The position numbers and the translations under genes are program-made. Positions 16,976-27,400 of a DNA stretch of 31,126 nucleotides are shown here, piece by piece. The stretch lies in IMG/VR virus record IMGVR_UViG_2799112289_000001. The stretch is one strand, 5' to 3'. This DNA comes from an uncultured virus (IMG/VR IMGVR_UViG_2799112289_000001) (taxonomy: Duplodnaviria; Heunggongvirae; Uroviricota; Caudoviricetes). Positions within the stretch are counted from its first letter, which is position 1. The number at the start of each line of letters is the position of its first letter. Under the pieces are notes generated by a model. That model searched no databases. It worked only from the letters and a program-made list of their open reading frames with translations, and was not told the origin of the DNA.

Positions 16976-19627
16976 ATGCCAGTGACAGATATTGCAACTT
17001 TGGGTGTGAAATTCACGATCGTTGGTGCTGATCAGGCTGCTGCAGGCATAAATCGTGTTGCTGTTGCGGCAGACAACGTTGAGATGGAAGTAGGGGCGGC
17101 GGCTCGCGCGATTAGTACGCTAGGCGTCAAAGCGGCCGCAAGCACAGGAGCGATCGGCAAAGCGACGGCTGTCATGATAGAATGGAAGAACAGCTGTTCT
17201 TCTACAGCGGGAGCCGTTGACAAGGTTGCGGGTTCACTCACCGGCATGAATGTAGAAAGCCAGAGCAACCAAAATTCAATCGAGGCGGTGAGCATAAAGG
17301 CGAAAGACCTGAAGGATGTCCTCATTGAAATGGGCACCCGAATGGCAAGTGGCGACTCCCCATTTATGATTGGCCTTCAACAAGGCGGAAAATTGGGCGA
17401 AATGCTCAGCGGAGCAGGGGGGCTTACTGGGCTTGTGAAGGGCTTGGGCAATGCATTTCTAACAATGCTTAATCCCATAGGTTTAGTAACGCAGGCGCTC
17501 ACCTTCGCAGGAGCTGCCGCAGTACAGTATTTTTTAAACGCTGGCCGAGACGTTAAGAGCGTTGACGAGATACTGAAGCGACATGCAGAGCATATTGCAG
17601 AGCTCGGGCCGACTTATCAGAAAATGAACGAGCAAAAAGAAGAGGCTTTAAAGCTAGGCCCCACTATTACAAACGCCAATCTGAAAGACGATTACAAAAA
17701 CGCCCAGAAGACGCTCAAAGCTGAGGGTGAAAAGGCGTCTCGTTCAATTCTTGCGGATATGCTTGGGCAGCAAGCGCCTTATGCCGACCAGATATTATAT
17801 ATACCGCCAACTACTTTTGATCCGGCGATAGAAGCCATCGACAGATTCAATAAATCGATTGAATCTGGGAAGATAAAGGCGATAGAATTTCAGAATGAGA
17901 TAATTGAGCTTCAGAATTCTGGTAAAATAACAGAGGAAGTTGCGGGAAAACTGCGAGAATATTCGAGCAATGCAGTTGCAGCTCAAAGTAAACTATCGGT
18001 CTTGCGTGATAAAATCGACCCTGTTGCACAGGCATTTGCCGAGATGCAGGATAAGGTTAGTAAAATAAATCCCTTTGGTGCCAGTAAACTGCAGGAACCT
18101 CAACGGGTGCTTGAGGATTTGCTTCGAAATTTGCAAGCAAATCAAAGCAGTGCAGAAGAACTGAATCAGAAAATCCGCGAACTCAGCAACGCTCATCCTG
18201 ATCTCTCTCAGGCTTTGGAGGAAATTCGGCAATTTGGTTTGATCGCCCTACAAGCAATGAAGAATGTTCAAGGTTTGGGTAACGCGGTGCGTACCACACC
18301 CCATTCCAGCCGCTATTCTCAAGAGGAAACAGTTAGGCGCGTAAAAAATTTCGATGATCGATTTGGTCCAGATGCCGGTGCTCCCGTCAAATACAGCGAT
18401 ATACGCGAACGTCTGAACGCACAAAAAAAGGCACTTGAGCCGCCAAAAACTATCGACAATGGAGCAGGGCTCGGCTCAAGCCGCGGTCTGATTCGCCCAG
18501 CCCAAGAAGCTACGAGCGCATATGATACGCTGCAAAAATCCGTCGAGTCTCGTATCGAACAAATGCGGACGGAAGCCCAAACTATAGGGCTTAACAGCAT
18601 TGCCGTCGAAACTTTGAAAATGAATTTGGAGCTCTTGCGCGCAACAGAAGATAAGTCTCATGCGGCGGCCCCCGGCCAAATACAAGATATCAAGAACAGA
18701 ATTGCACAGTACAATGCCTTGGCGACGGCGACCGCGAATGCCAAGCTCGCGGGCGATATCCAGTTCCAGCAGGAACAGATGGGCCGCTCGACCATCGATC
18801 AAACGGTCGCTTCGACGCAGAAGCAATATGGCCTTCCGATCGACATGAATTCGGCCTCGGCCAATATCATTCGCTACAATGAACAGCTGAAATACGCCCG
18901 CGAGCTTGCCGGCGATTTCGCCTCGACGCTCGTCAGCGGCTTGCGCAATGGCGAAGGCCTTTGGAAATCCCTGGGGAAAGCGGCGATTTCCGTGCTCACC
19001 AAGATTTCCGACACGCTACTGAACGATGTGCTCAACAGCCTGTTCAAGGTCAACAGCGCAGCCGCCGGCGGCGGTTTGTTTGGTGGCGGAGGGCTCTTCG
19101 GTGGCGGCGGTGGCCTGGATCTCGGCATCCTTGCGCAGTCGCCTCAGGCGGCCGCCGCGATAGCGAGCGGTTCGGGCGGGCTCTTTGCCGACGGCGGCTA
19201 CACCGGCGCCGGCGGGGTTAATGACCCCGCGGGTGTCGTGCATGCCGGCGAGATCGTCTGGAGCCAGAAGGATATTGCCCGGGCCGGCGGTATCGGTGTC
19301 GTCGAGGCGATGCGTGTCGGGCGGCGCGGTTATGCCGATGGCGGATTGGTGGCGGAAAGCGGGCCGCAATTTTCGAGGGCGCAGCCGAATGCCTCCGTTC
19401 CCAACCATCGCCTCAAGGCCGTCAATCAGAACAGCGCTTCCGGCGCCAATTCCGGTGTGCATGTGACGGTCGGGGTTTCGGTCGATGAGAACGGTAATCT
19501 GAAGGCCTATGTGAAGAATGTCGCGCAGAGCGAGGCGAAGAGTTCGACGCGGCAGGGGCTGAACGATTTCAATCAGCAGCTTCCCGATCGCGTCGCGCAG
19601 ATCAACCGCAATCCTCGGAGGCGTTGA
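16976..19627 (+). CDS. Tail tape measure protein
   Basis: 883 aa helical; lambda-type SGDSPF.I.LQQGG motif and C-terminal FADGGYTG.GG...PAGVVH.GE motif. Confidence 0.92.
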   Translation: MPVTDIATLGVKFTIVGADQAAAGINRVAVAADNVEMEVGAAARAISTLGVKAAASTGAIGKATAVMIEWKNSCSSTAGAVDKVAGSLTGMNVESQSNQNSIEAVSIKAKDLKDVLIEMGTRMASGDSPFMIGLQQGGKLGEMLSGAGGLTGLVKGLGNAFLTMLNPIGLVTQALTFAGAAAVQYFLNAGRDVKSVDEILKRHAEHIAELGPTYQKMNEQKEEALKLGPTITNANLKDDYKNAQKTLKAEGEKASRSILADMLGQQAPYADQILYIPPTTFDPAIEAIDRFNKSIESGKIKAIEFQNEIIELQNSGKITEEVAGKLREYSSNAVAAQSKLSVLRDKIDPVAQAFAEMQDKVSKINPFGASKLQEPQRVLEDLLRNLQANQSSAEELNQKIRELSNAHPDLSQALEEIRQFGLIALQAMKNVQGLGNAVRTTPHSSRYSQEETVRRVKNFDDRFGPDAGAPVKYSDIRERLNAQKKALEPPKTIDNGAGLGSSRGLIRPAQEATSAYDTLQKSVESRIEQMRTEAQTIGLNSIAVETLKMNLELLRATEDKSHAAAPGQIQDIKNRIAQYNALATATANAKLAGDIQFQQEQMGRSTIDQTVASTQKQYGLPIDMNSASANIIRYNEQLKYARELAGDFASTLVSGLRNGEGLWKSLGKAAISVLTKISDTLLNDVLNSLFKVNSAAAGGGLFGGGGLFGGGGGLDLGILAQSPQAAAAIASGSGGLFADGGYTGAGGVNDPAGVVHAGEIVWSQKDIARAGGIGVVEAMRVGRRGYADGGLVAESGPQFSRAQPNASVPNHRLKAVNQNSASGANSGVHVTVGVSVDENGNLKAYVKNVAQSEAKSSTRQGLNDFNQQLPDRVAQINRNPRRR

Positions 19628-20271
19628 TGGCCGTTTCCTATCCTTACAGCCTGCCGGACTTCGCCGATCTCCTGAAGATTTCGGGCGTGGTCTGGGATAT
19701 CCAGCGCAATGACGAGCTTTCCGGCTCCGGCGATGGCCGGGTCTGGCAGGCGGAGCTGGCGCCGCCGCTCTGGACGGGAACGGTGACGCTGGCCGACATG
19801 TATAATGACGAGGCGAAACAGATCGCCGCCCGCATCCGCAAACTTCACGGCGCCCAGGAGGCGCTTTTTCTTTATGATCCGCTGTCTAGATATCCGCAGG
19901 CCGATCGCGACGGGACAAAGCTCGGCAGCGCTGGTGTCAGCATTGCCGCGCTCGGAGCCGACAATGCCTCGATGAGCCTCAAGGGGCTGCCGGAGGACTA
20001 CAGGCTCACCATCGGCGACAAGATGCAGATCGCCTATGGCGACCGTTTTGCCTTTCTCGAAGTGTCCGAGACGGTGGCCGCTAACACCGCGGGCGTCACG
20101 CCCGTGTTCGGCGTCTTTCCGCATCTGCCGACCGGCATAACCGCCAATCTGGGCGTGGCGTTGCTGCGTCCGGCCTGCAGATGCGTCGTCATGCCGGGCA
20201 GCCACAATCCCGGCACCGCGAGCGGCCCCATCACCACGGGCGCTACCTTCAAGATCATTCAGAAGAAATAG
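19627..20271 (+). CDS. Distal tail protein (putative)
   Basis: TGATG-coupled to tape measure gene; P.W.G.VTL, L.G....F.LYDP motifs. Confidence 0.7.
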   Translation: MAVSYPYSLPDFADLLKISGVVWDIQRNDELSGSGDGRVWQAELAPPLWTGTVTLADMYNDEAKQIAARIRKLHGAQEALFLYDPLSRYPQADRDGTKLGSAGVSIAALGADNASMSLKGLPEDYRLTIGDKMQIAYGDRFAFLEVSETVAANTAGVTPVFGVFPHLPTGITANLGVALLRPACRCVVMPGSHNPGTASGPITTGATFKIIQKK

Positions 20272-20274
20272 CCG

Positions 20275-20898
20275 ATGAAAAACATCACTTCCGCTTTCCT
20301 CGCGGCGCTGACCGGCGCGCGCGACACAGGGCTCGTGCCCCGTCGTTTCGTCTGGATCACCGGCAAGAGCTTCGATACCGGGGACGTCGCTTCGATCGGT
20401 CTTTGGACCGGGGACGACGATATCGACATCTCCGTCATCTCCGGTATCACGGGCGTGTCGGAGGGGCGGACCTATTATGGCGGCCTCAATCTTCAGTTGA
20501 GCCCGATCGCGCGCACGGCCGATCTGACGGTTCAAACCGTGACGATCACCATCGGACAGATCGCGCCGGTCGCGCAGCAGCTCCTGCGCGGCTACGATTT
20601 GCGCCTGGCGCCGGTGGAAATACACGACATGACCTTCGATCCGGTCACGCGCCAGCCGAGTTCCGCGCCGGAAATCTCTTTTCTCGGCATCGCCGACGGC
20701 GCGCCGATCAAGACGCCTGTTGTCGGCCAGGACGGCGATATCGAGATTTCTGCCATCTCGGCCGCCATCGCCATGCTGGAGCGCAACAATCCGGCCAAAT
20801 CCTCCTATGAGGGCCAGAAGCGCCGCAGCGGCGACGAGTTTGGCCTTTATTCCAGCACCGTTGCCAACTGGCAGATCCCCTGGGGGCAGAAAGCATGA
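20275..20898 (+). CDS. Tail tip/hub protein (gpL-like position)
   Basis: GLWTG.D, RTYYG, S...Q..R.GD, I.WG C-terminus; position. Confidence 0.7.
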   Translation: MKNITSAFLAALTGARDTGLVPRRFVWITGKSFDTGDVASIGLWTGDDDIDISVISGITGVSEGRTYYGGLNLQLSPIARTADLTVQTVTITIGQIAPVAQQLLRGYDLRLAPVEIHDMTFDPVTRQPSSAPEISFLGIADGAPIKTPVVGQDGDIEISAISAAIAMLERNNPAKSSYEGQKRRSGDEFGLYSSTVANWQIPWGQKA

Positions 20899-21320
20899 CC
20901 GAGCTCCTGAGGGTCAAGAACTGGCGTGCCTGTTTCGTTGCCGAAATCGACCGCCTGAAGCGGACGCCCTTTGCCTGGGGCAGCCATGATTGCGGGCCGG
21001 GGCTTGCCGGCAATCTGGTGCTGGCGATCACCGGCGTCGATTGCGCCGCGCAGTTTCGCGGCGAGTATTCGACCGCCGCCGGCGCGCTGAAAACGATGAA
21101 GGCGGCCGGCTTCGACAATCTGGCCGATCTCGTCGCCACCATGCTGCCGGAAATCCATCCGAGCGAGGCGCATATCGGCGATATCGCCGCCATTCCGCAT
21201 GAAGGCCCCTTCGGATACGCCCTCGGCGTCGTCAATGGCGAGCGCATCTTCGTGCTGCGCGAGACCGGCCTCGGCACTGTCGACCTGCTCGACGCCAAGC
21301 GGGCTTTTAAGGTCGGCTGA
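20895..21320 (+). CDS. NlpC/P60-like tail assembly protein (gpK-like)
   Basis: PFAWGSHDC, A.TG.D, GDIA motifs; ATGA coupling. Confidence 0.8.
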   Translation: MTELLRVKNWRACFVAEIDRLKRTPFAWGSHDCGPGLAGNLVLAITGVDCAAQFRGEYSTAAGALKTMKAAGFDNLADLVATMLPEIHPSEAHIGDIAAIPHEGPFGYALGVVNGERIFVLRETGLGTVDLLDAKRAFKVG

Positions 21321-21426
21321 GCCGGCACGGAAATTACGCCTTTCCTCATCACCTATCGGTGACTTGTCGCTGTCGATCTCGTCGGCGGCGCACTCTCTTC
21401 ATGCGTCATTCGAGGTCGCCAGATCC

Positions 21427-24400
21427 ATGAAATTCCTGATCCTCCTCTTGAACGTTCTCGGTTTCTGGCTGATGGCGGATGCTGCCCATGCCGATCCGAT
21501 CAGCCTGGCGATCACCGCAATCGCTCAAGCTATCGGCTCGATTGGTTCCATCGGCATTATCGGCAAGCTGGTGCTGACCGTCGCCCTCAATGTCGGCCTG
21601 TCGCTCATCGAAAAGGCGATGGCGAAGAAGGATCAGCCGCAGCCAGCCGGGACCAAGCTTGAGATCAGCATGGGGGACGATCACCCCATGTCTTTCGTCA
21701 TCGGCAGCTATGCAACCGCCGGCAAGCGCAAATATGCAGGCACCTGGGGAGATGACGGCAAAACCCCGAATGCCTATTTCACCGATGTCATCGAGATCGG
21801 CAGTCTGCCCAACTATGCCGGCGAGCGCGGCCTGACCAGCGTGTGGATCGACGACCAGGAAGTCGGCGTGCTTTGGGAAGAACCGCATCCCGACGGACGC
21901 GGTTTTCCTGTTCTCCAATATCGCGTCGATGGCAAGGATTACCTTTGGATCAAGTTTCTCGATGGCACTCAAACGAGCGCTGATCCATTTCTGATGGCGC
22001 AGTTCGGCGCCAATGCCGACCGGCCGTGGAAGCCGACGATGATCGGGCGGGGATGCCAGGTCGTGATCCTGACGGCTCGCTACAACAGCGATCTCTTTTC
22101 CGGCATTCCGGCCGGCCTCTACCAGCCGCATCCGATACAGCTTTACGATATCCGCAAGGATTCTTCCGCCGGCGGCAATGGCGTACATCGCTGGGACAAT
22201 CCGGCCAGCTGGGAGCCCTCCAGCAATCCGGCCATCATGATCTACAATCTGGCGCGCGGCATCTACTATGGTCAGGAATGGGTCTGTGGCGGCCAGAACA
22301 TCGCCGCCTTCTGTCTGCCGGCTGCGAACTGGATGGCGGCTGCCAACGCCTGCGATGCGGGGGTCACTCTTGACGACGGCAGCGCCGAGCCGGCATTTCG
22401 CGCCGGTTATGACGTGCAATGCGATCAACAGCCGCTTGACGTCGTTTCCGAGCTTCTGAAGGGCTGCAACGGCCGCATGGCCGAGGTCGGCGGCATATTC
22501 AAGATATTGATCAGCGCGCCGGGTGGCGCCGTCTACTCCTTTTCCGATGACGACATCGTCGTGACCGAGGAGCAGGATTTTCAGCCGTTTCCGTCGCTTT
22601 CGGACACCTACAACGCCATCGAAGCCACCTATCCGGAACCGGCCGAAAAATGGGCGACGAAGGATGCGCCCGGCCGCTACAACGCGGATCTCGAAGCTCA
22701 GGATGGCAATCGTCGGTTGCCGGCGCAGATCCAGTTGCCGGCCGTGCCATTTGCCAATCAGGTGCAGCGCGTCGGTCTGGCAATGATCCAGGACTACCGG
22801 CGCTTTCGCGTGCAACAGATAGCGCTGCCGCCGGATGCCTATCCGCTGGAGCCGAACGATGTCGTTTCCTGGACTTCGGCGCGCAACGGTTATGACGAAA
22901 AGAAATTCCTTGTCGTCAAGGTCGAGCCACAGCCGAATTTCCTGATCGTCGTCACACTGAAAGAAGTCGATCCCGCCGACTACGACTGGCACAGCGGTCT
23001 GCAACTGCCCATCGCTACCGGCTGGATCGGCCCGATTGCGCCACCATCACAGCCAATGGTCGGCTGGACCGTCGAGCCGGCGACCGTGAAAGACGCCGGC
23101 GGCATCGATCGTCGGCCGGCGATCAAGATCAGCTGCGCGCCGGATATGGACGATGTCGAGCGCGTGTGGGTGCAAGTCCGGCTGAAGGAGACCGGCGATA
23201 TCGTCTTCGATAGTGACAGCACTCGTTATGCCTCACCGTTCTCCTGGGTGCTCTCGGGGCAATGGACGCTGTCGAACACCGACTACGAGGCGAGGGGCCG
23301 TTACGTCCCCAAGTCCAACCGCGCCACGGATTGGTCGGCCTGGCTGGCAGTCAAGACACCGAATGTCCTAATCCAATCGGGCGACGTTCTCGATGGCGCC
23401 ATCATCGCCTCCAAGATCGCCGACGCGGCCGTGACTGCCGAAAAGATCATGGATGAGGCGGTAAGCAATCTGAAGCTAGCCGATGCGGCCGTTTCGACAG
23501 CCAAGATTGAAGTCGCGGCGGTGACCGCGCAGGTGCTTGCTGATCAGGCGGTAATTTCGTCGAAGTTGGCCGATGCTGCTGTGACGGCTCAGAAGCTCGC
23601 TTCGGAGGCGATCGACGCCACCAAGTTTGCCTCCAGCATCGAGCCTGTCGGGATCGCCACGGGTGAGAGCCTGCCGACCACCAAATCCACGACGACGATC
23701 GTTTGGAACGGCAAGCTCTATCGCTGGGACGGCACTGCCTACGTGGCGTCTGTTGCGTCCACTGACATCACCGGCCAGCTTGCCTCGTCGCAGATTGCCA
23801 ATGGGGCCATCGGCAATCCGCAGCTTGCCGCTTTGGCGGTCGATGCAAGCAAACTCGCGGACGGCTCAATCAGCGCGGCGAAGCTCGCCGCTGCTGCCGT
23901 TGATGCGACCAAGCTTGCGTCTAGCATAAAGGCGGTCGAGATCGTTTCGGCTCTGCCTTCTACAGGTAACGTCGAAGGCCGGTTCGTCTATTTGACAACA
24001 GACGAAAAGCTTTACCGGTACACCGGCAGCGCATGGACTTCAGCGGTCCCGGCCACGGATGTTGCCGGGCAAATCGTCAGCACGCAAATAACCGATGGTG
24101 CGATCTCGACACCTAAGCTTGCGGCCGGCGCGGTCATCGCATCGACCATTGCGGCCGGTGCGGTAACAGCGGGCGCAATCGCTGCCAACGCGGTCACGAC
24201 AGGGAACATCGCGGCAGGCGCGGTTACGGCTGGACAGATAGCCGCGGGCGCGATCACCGCCGACAAGATGGTGCTTGGCGACTTCACGAACCGCGTCGAA
24301 AACCCGAACTTTGGCGCGGGCGATGTTAGCTGGTCGAAGTCCACCGGCATCACCATCGTGAATGACCCGGCAAACGCCTACGTCGGTAGCTGGTATATGA

Positions 24401-27400
24401 ACGTCGGCGTAGGCGCGACTGGCCTCGCCTCCAGAAATTCGAACATCTTTCCCGTCCTTCCTGGCGAGCAGTATTTCCTGCAGGTGTTTGCGAAGGCGGT
24501 GGGGGCACCCAACAATCCCCTCACGGTGCGTATGCGCTTTCTGCTGGCAGACAAGATATCACTCGTCAGCGCACCAACTGTCGGGAACTACACGGCTGCC
24601 GACACGGCATATATTGAGAGGAACGCGGTTATCACCGTTCCGGCCACCGCTATATACGCATGGATCGACGTAACGGTGGCAGCCGGGTCTATCACCACAG
24701 GTGGCTACGCTCTTGGTTTCATTTCCTGCCAGCGCCGCGATACGGGCAATCTGATCGTTGACGGTGCGATCACGGCTACCAAGATCGCAGCCAATGCCGT
24801 TGCGGCGGCCAATATCGCGGCAGGCGCGATCACTGCTGACAAACTGGCTATCGGCAGCGGCGGCAACTTCCTGTCGAATTCTGATTTCTCGGCTGGCCTT
24901 GCGAATTGGAGCTATGAATACTCCAACGGTCCTGGATTTACGGTGTCCTACCGTACCGACACCTACGCACCTACAGGCGGTGCGATGCAGATTTTCTGCG
25001 CGAACAACACGCAAGGTATCGAATATGGTGTCGCTCCTACCATCGCTACAGTCAACTCCACAGGGTTCACGATAGGGCAGGTCGCCCGATACCCCTGCGT
25101 GGCGGGGCAATGGTTTGAGTTTTCAGGCTATTATCTGGGCCTGAATAGCAACGGCCTTCTGCCCTATATGGGCTTTTTCGATGTAAATGGCGCAGCGTTA
25201 GCATACCCGAACGCGGGTATTCTCCCAGCAGCGCAAAACATCGACCCGCATTTCAACTTGGCCAACTACCAAAGGTTCTGGTTCAAGGCGCAAGCTCCCG
25301 CTGGCGCGGTGACGTGCGTAGCGTTCCTGCGCCACAAAGGCACTCTGCCGAGTCAGGCAAACAGTTATATCTTCCTGACGCGGCTGTATTTCGGCGAGGC
25401 TAACGCGAACCAGTCACAGCCCACCCCCTGGTCACCATCTGGCATCACGATGGTTTCGGGCGGCAATATCATCACAGGGGCGATCACGGCGGATAAGATT
25501 GCGGCTAACACCATCACTGCCGCTCAAATAGCTGCGGACACCATCACCGGCGCTCAAATCGCTGTAGGCGCTATCTCAGCCTCTGAAATAGCTGCCGATG
25601 CCATCACGGCGGCCAAATTGGCATCGAACTCCGTCACCACGGACGCGCTCGCGGTTGGCTCTGGCAAGAACCTGCTGCAGAACGCAGGTTTCACTATGGG
25701 CATGGATTGCTGGGTGATCAGCTTCGCGAGTGGCCCGATCCCCAGCCCAATTTTTCGTATCCGTGCCGTCACTGAAACATGGGCCGGACCGAACTGCCCG
25801 ACCCTGATGCTTTCTTATGGCGCACCGTCAGGCAACAACTATTACAGTGACGTTCAATGGTTGCGGCCTGACGCCCCGACGCTGCCGAACAGCCTCAAAT
25901 ATGGCGTGCCCTGTGCTCCGGGCGACTGGTTCGAAGTGTCCGCCTACGTCTCTGCCCATCGCTGCTTGGTCGAGCTGCGGCTGCAGTGGATCGGTTCAGA
26001 TGGCCTCGCTGTCGGCTATTCCACGGCCAATCAGAACAACGGTATAGCTGGCAGCCCGACCAATCCGGACCTCTGGACACGTCTCAGGTGCGTTGGTGCT
26101 GCTCCTGCCAATGCGGTCGCGGTGGCCATTCATGTCCGCAAATGGGAAACGATCGCCGGCCAAACTGATAGCTATATGTTCCTCAACAAGCCGATGCTCT
26201 GCCGTTGCCCGGCGAACGCGTCGGAGTTTACGCCCTGGAGCGATGGTGGCGTGGTGATGATCACCAACGGCGGCATCGTCGCCGACGCCATCACGGCCGA
26301 CAAGATTGCCACCAACGCCGTGACGGCGGATGCGATCGCAGCCAATGCGGTGACAGCCGGCAAGATCGCGGCGGGTGCGGTGACTGCAACCACCATTGCG
26401 GCCGCGACGATCACGGGTGACAAGTTGGCGGCCAATACGATCGGTGCTTCCCAGATCGCGGCCGATGCCATCACCGCAAAGCAGCTCGTGCTGACCGACT
26501 TCTCCAACATGGCCGACAACGGCTGGCAGGCAGGCAGCATCGACGGTTGGACGACGCAAAACAAACAGAACTTCTACCTCGACAACGGCCAGGGCGATGC
26601 TTCGGGCTACCTCCTGCAGTCGCTCGGCCGAGACTGCGCCTATTCTAACTTCGTCGCGGTCTCGCCCGGTGAAACCTATGCTTTTGATGTTTGGGTTCTT
26701 AATACCGATGCGAACTTGGCCAATGTCTATGCCTTCGCGCGCTCGCCTTCAGGCACGGTGTCGCCTGTACTAATTACTGGAACGAACACCAAAAACGCAT
26801 GGGTGCGCCTTCAGGGCAAATACACCGTGCCCTCTGGCATTACAGCGCTTGCCATGGATTTGCAGGTCAACAAGACCGCAGGAGCAGGGAACTCTTGCTA
26901 CTGGTCGCGGCCCGTCATGCGCCGGGCCGTCAGTGCCGAGCTGATCGTCGACGGCGCGGTTACCGCCAACAAGATCTCGGTGAACAGCCTTGATGCGCTT
27001 ACCGCCAATCTCGGTGCGGTCAATATCAGTTCGGCCGTCATCGGCTCGCTGCAGGTCGGCACGTCTAACATCTCCGGAGGAGCGGTCACTGCTGTCGGCG
27101 CCGGACGCGTCGCTGGCACGCAGACCATCGGCGCTGGCGGGACCATCAATCTTGTGAGCTGCGTCGTCAATGTTGCCGGCGATGGCCGCGTCGTGATCGA
27201 CGCCATGACACTCGGCCAATTCAACCAGAATGGCGGTAGCCAGAACTCCCAGCCGGTCGGCTGCAACATCTTCCGCGACGGGGGCGCGATCTTCAGCCAG
27301 ACCTACTATCTCGGCGTTGTTCAGACCGTCGTCACTAGCACAGGTGGCAGCAACAGCCAGACCTCTCAAGCGACCTATACGGCCGGCCTTGTGGCGGTCT

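Noticed and set aside
19066..19117. GGGLF tandem repeat in the tape measure protein
   Set aside because: Gly-rich linkers are common near tape measure C-termini; not informative alone.
21199..21426. Upstream extension of the tail tip ORF to 21199
   Set aside because: It overlaps the NlpC/P60-like gene and is low-complexity; ATG 21427 has a proper RBS.
21406..23004. Long antisense ORFs (532 aa here; also 13985-15184, 19573-20625, 10760-11440)
   Set aside because: Shadow frames of GC-rich coding genes, with no recognisable motifs.
23392..26990. CRISPR array, diversity-generating retroelement or invertible shufflon in the repeat region
   Set aside because: The repeats are degenerate in-frame coding repeats; no cas, reverse transcriptase or invertase gene, and no template/variable repeat pair seen.
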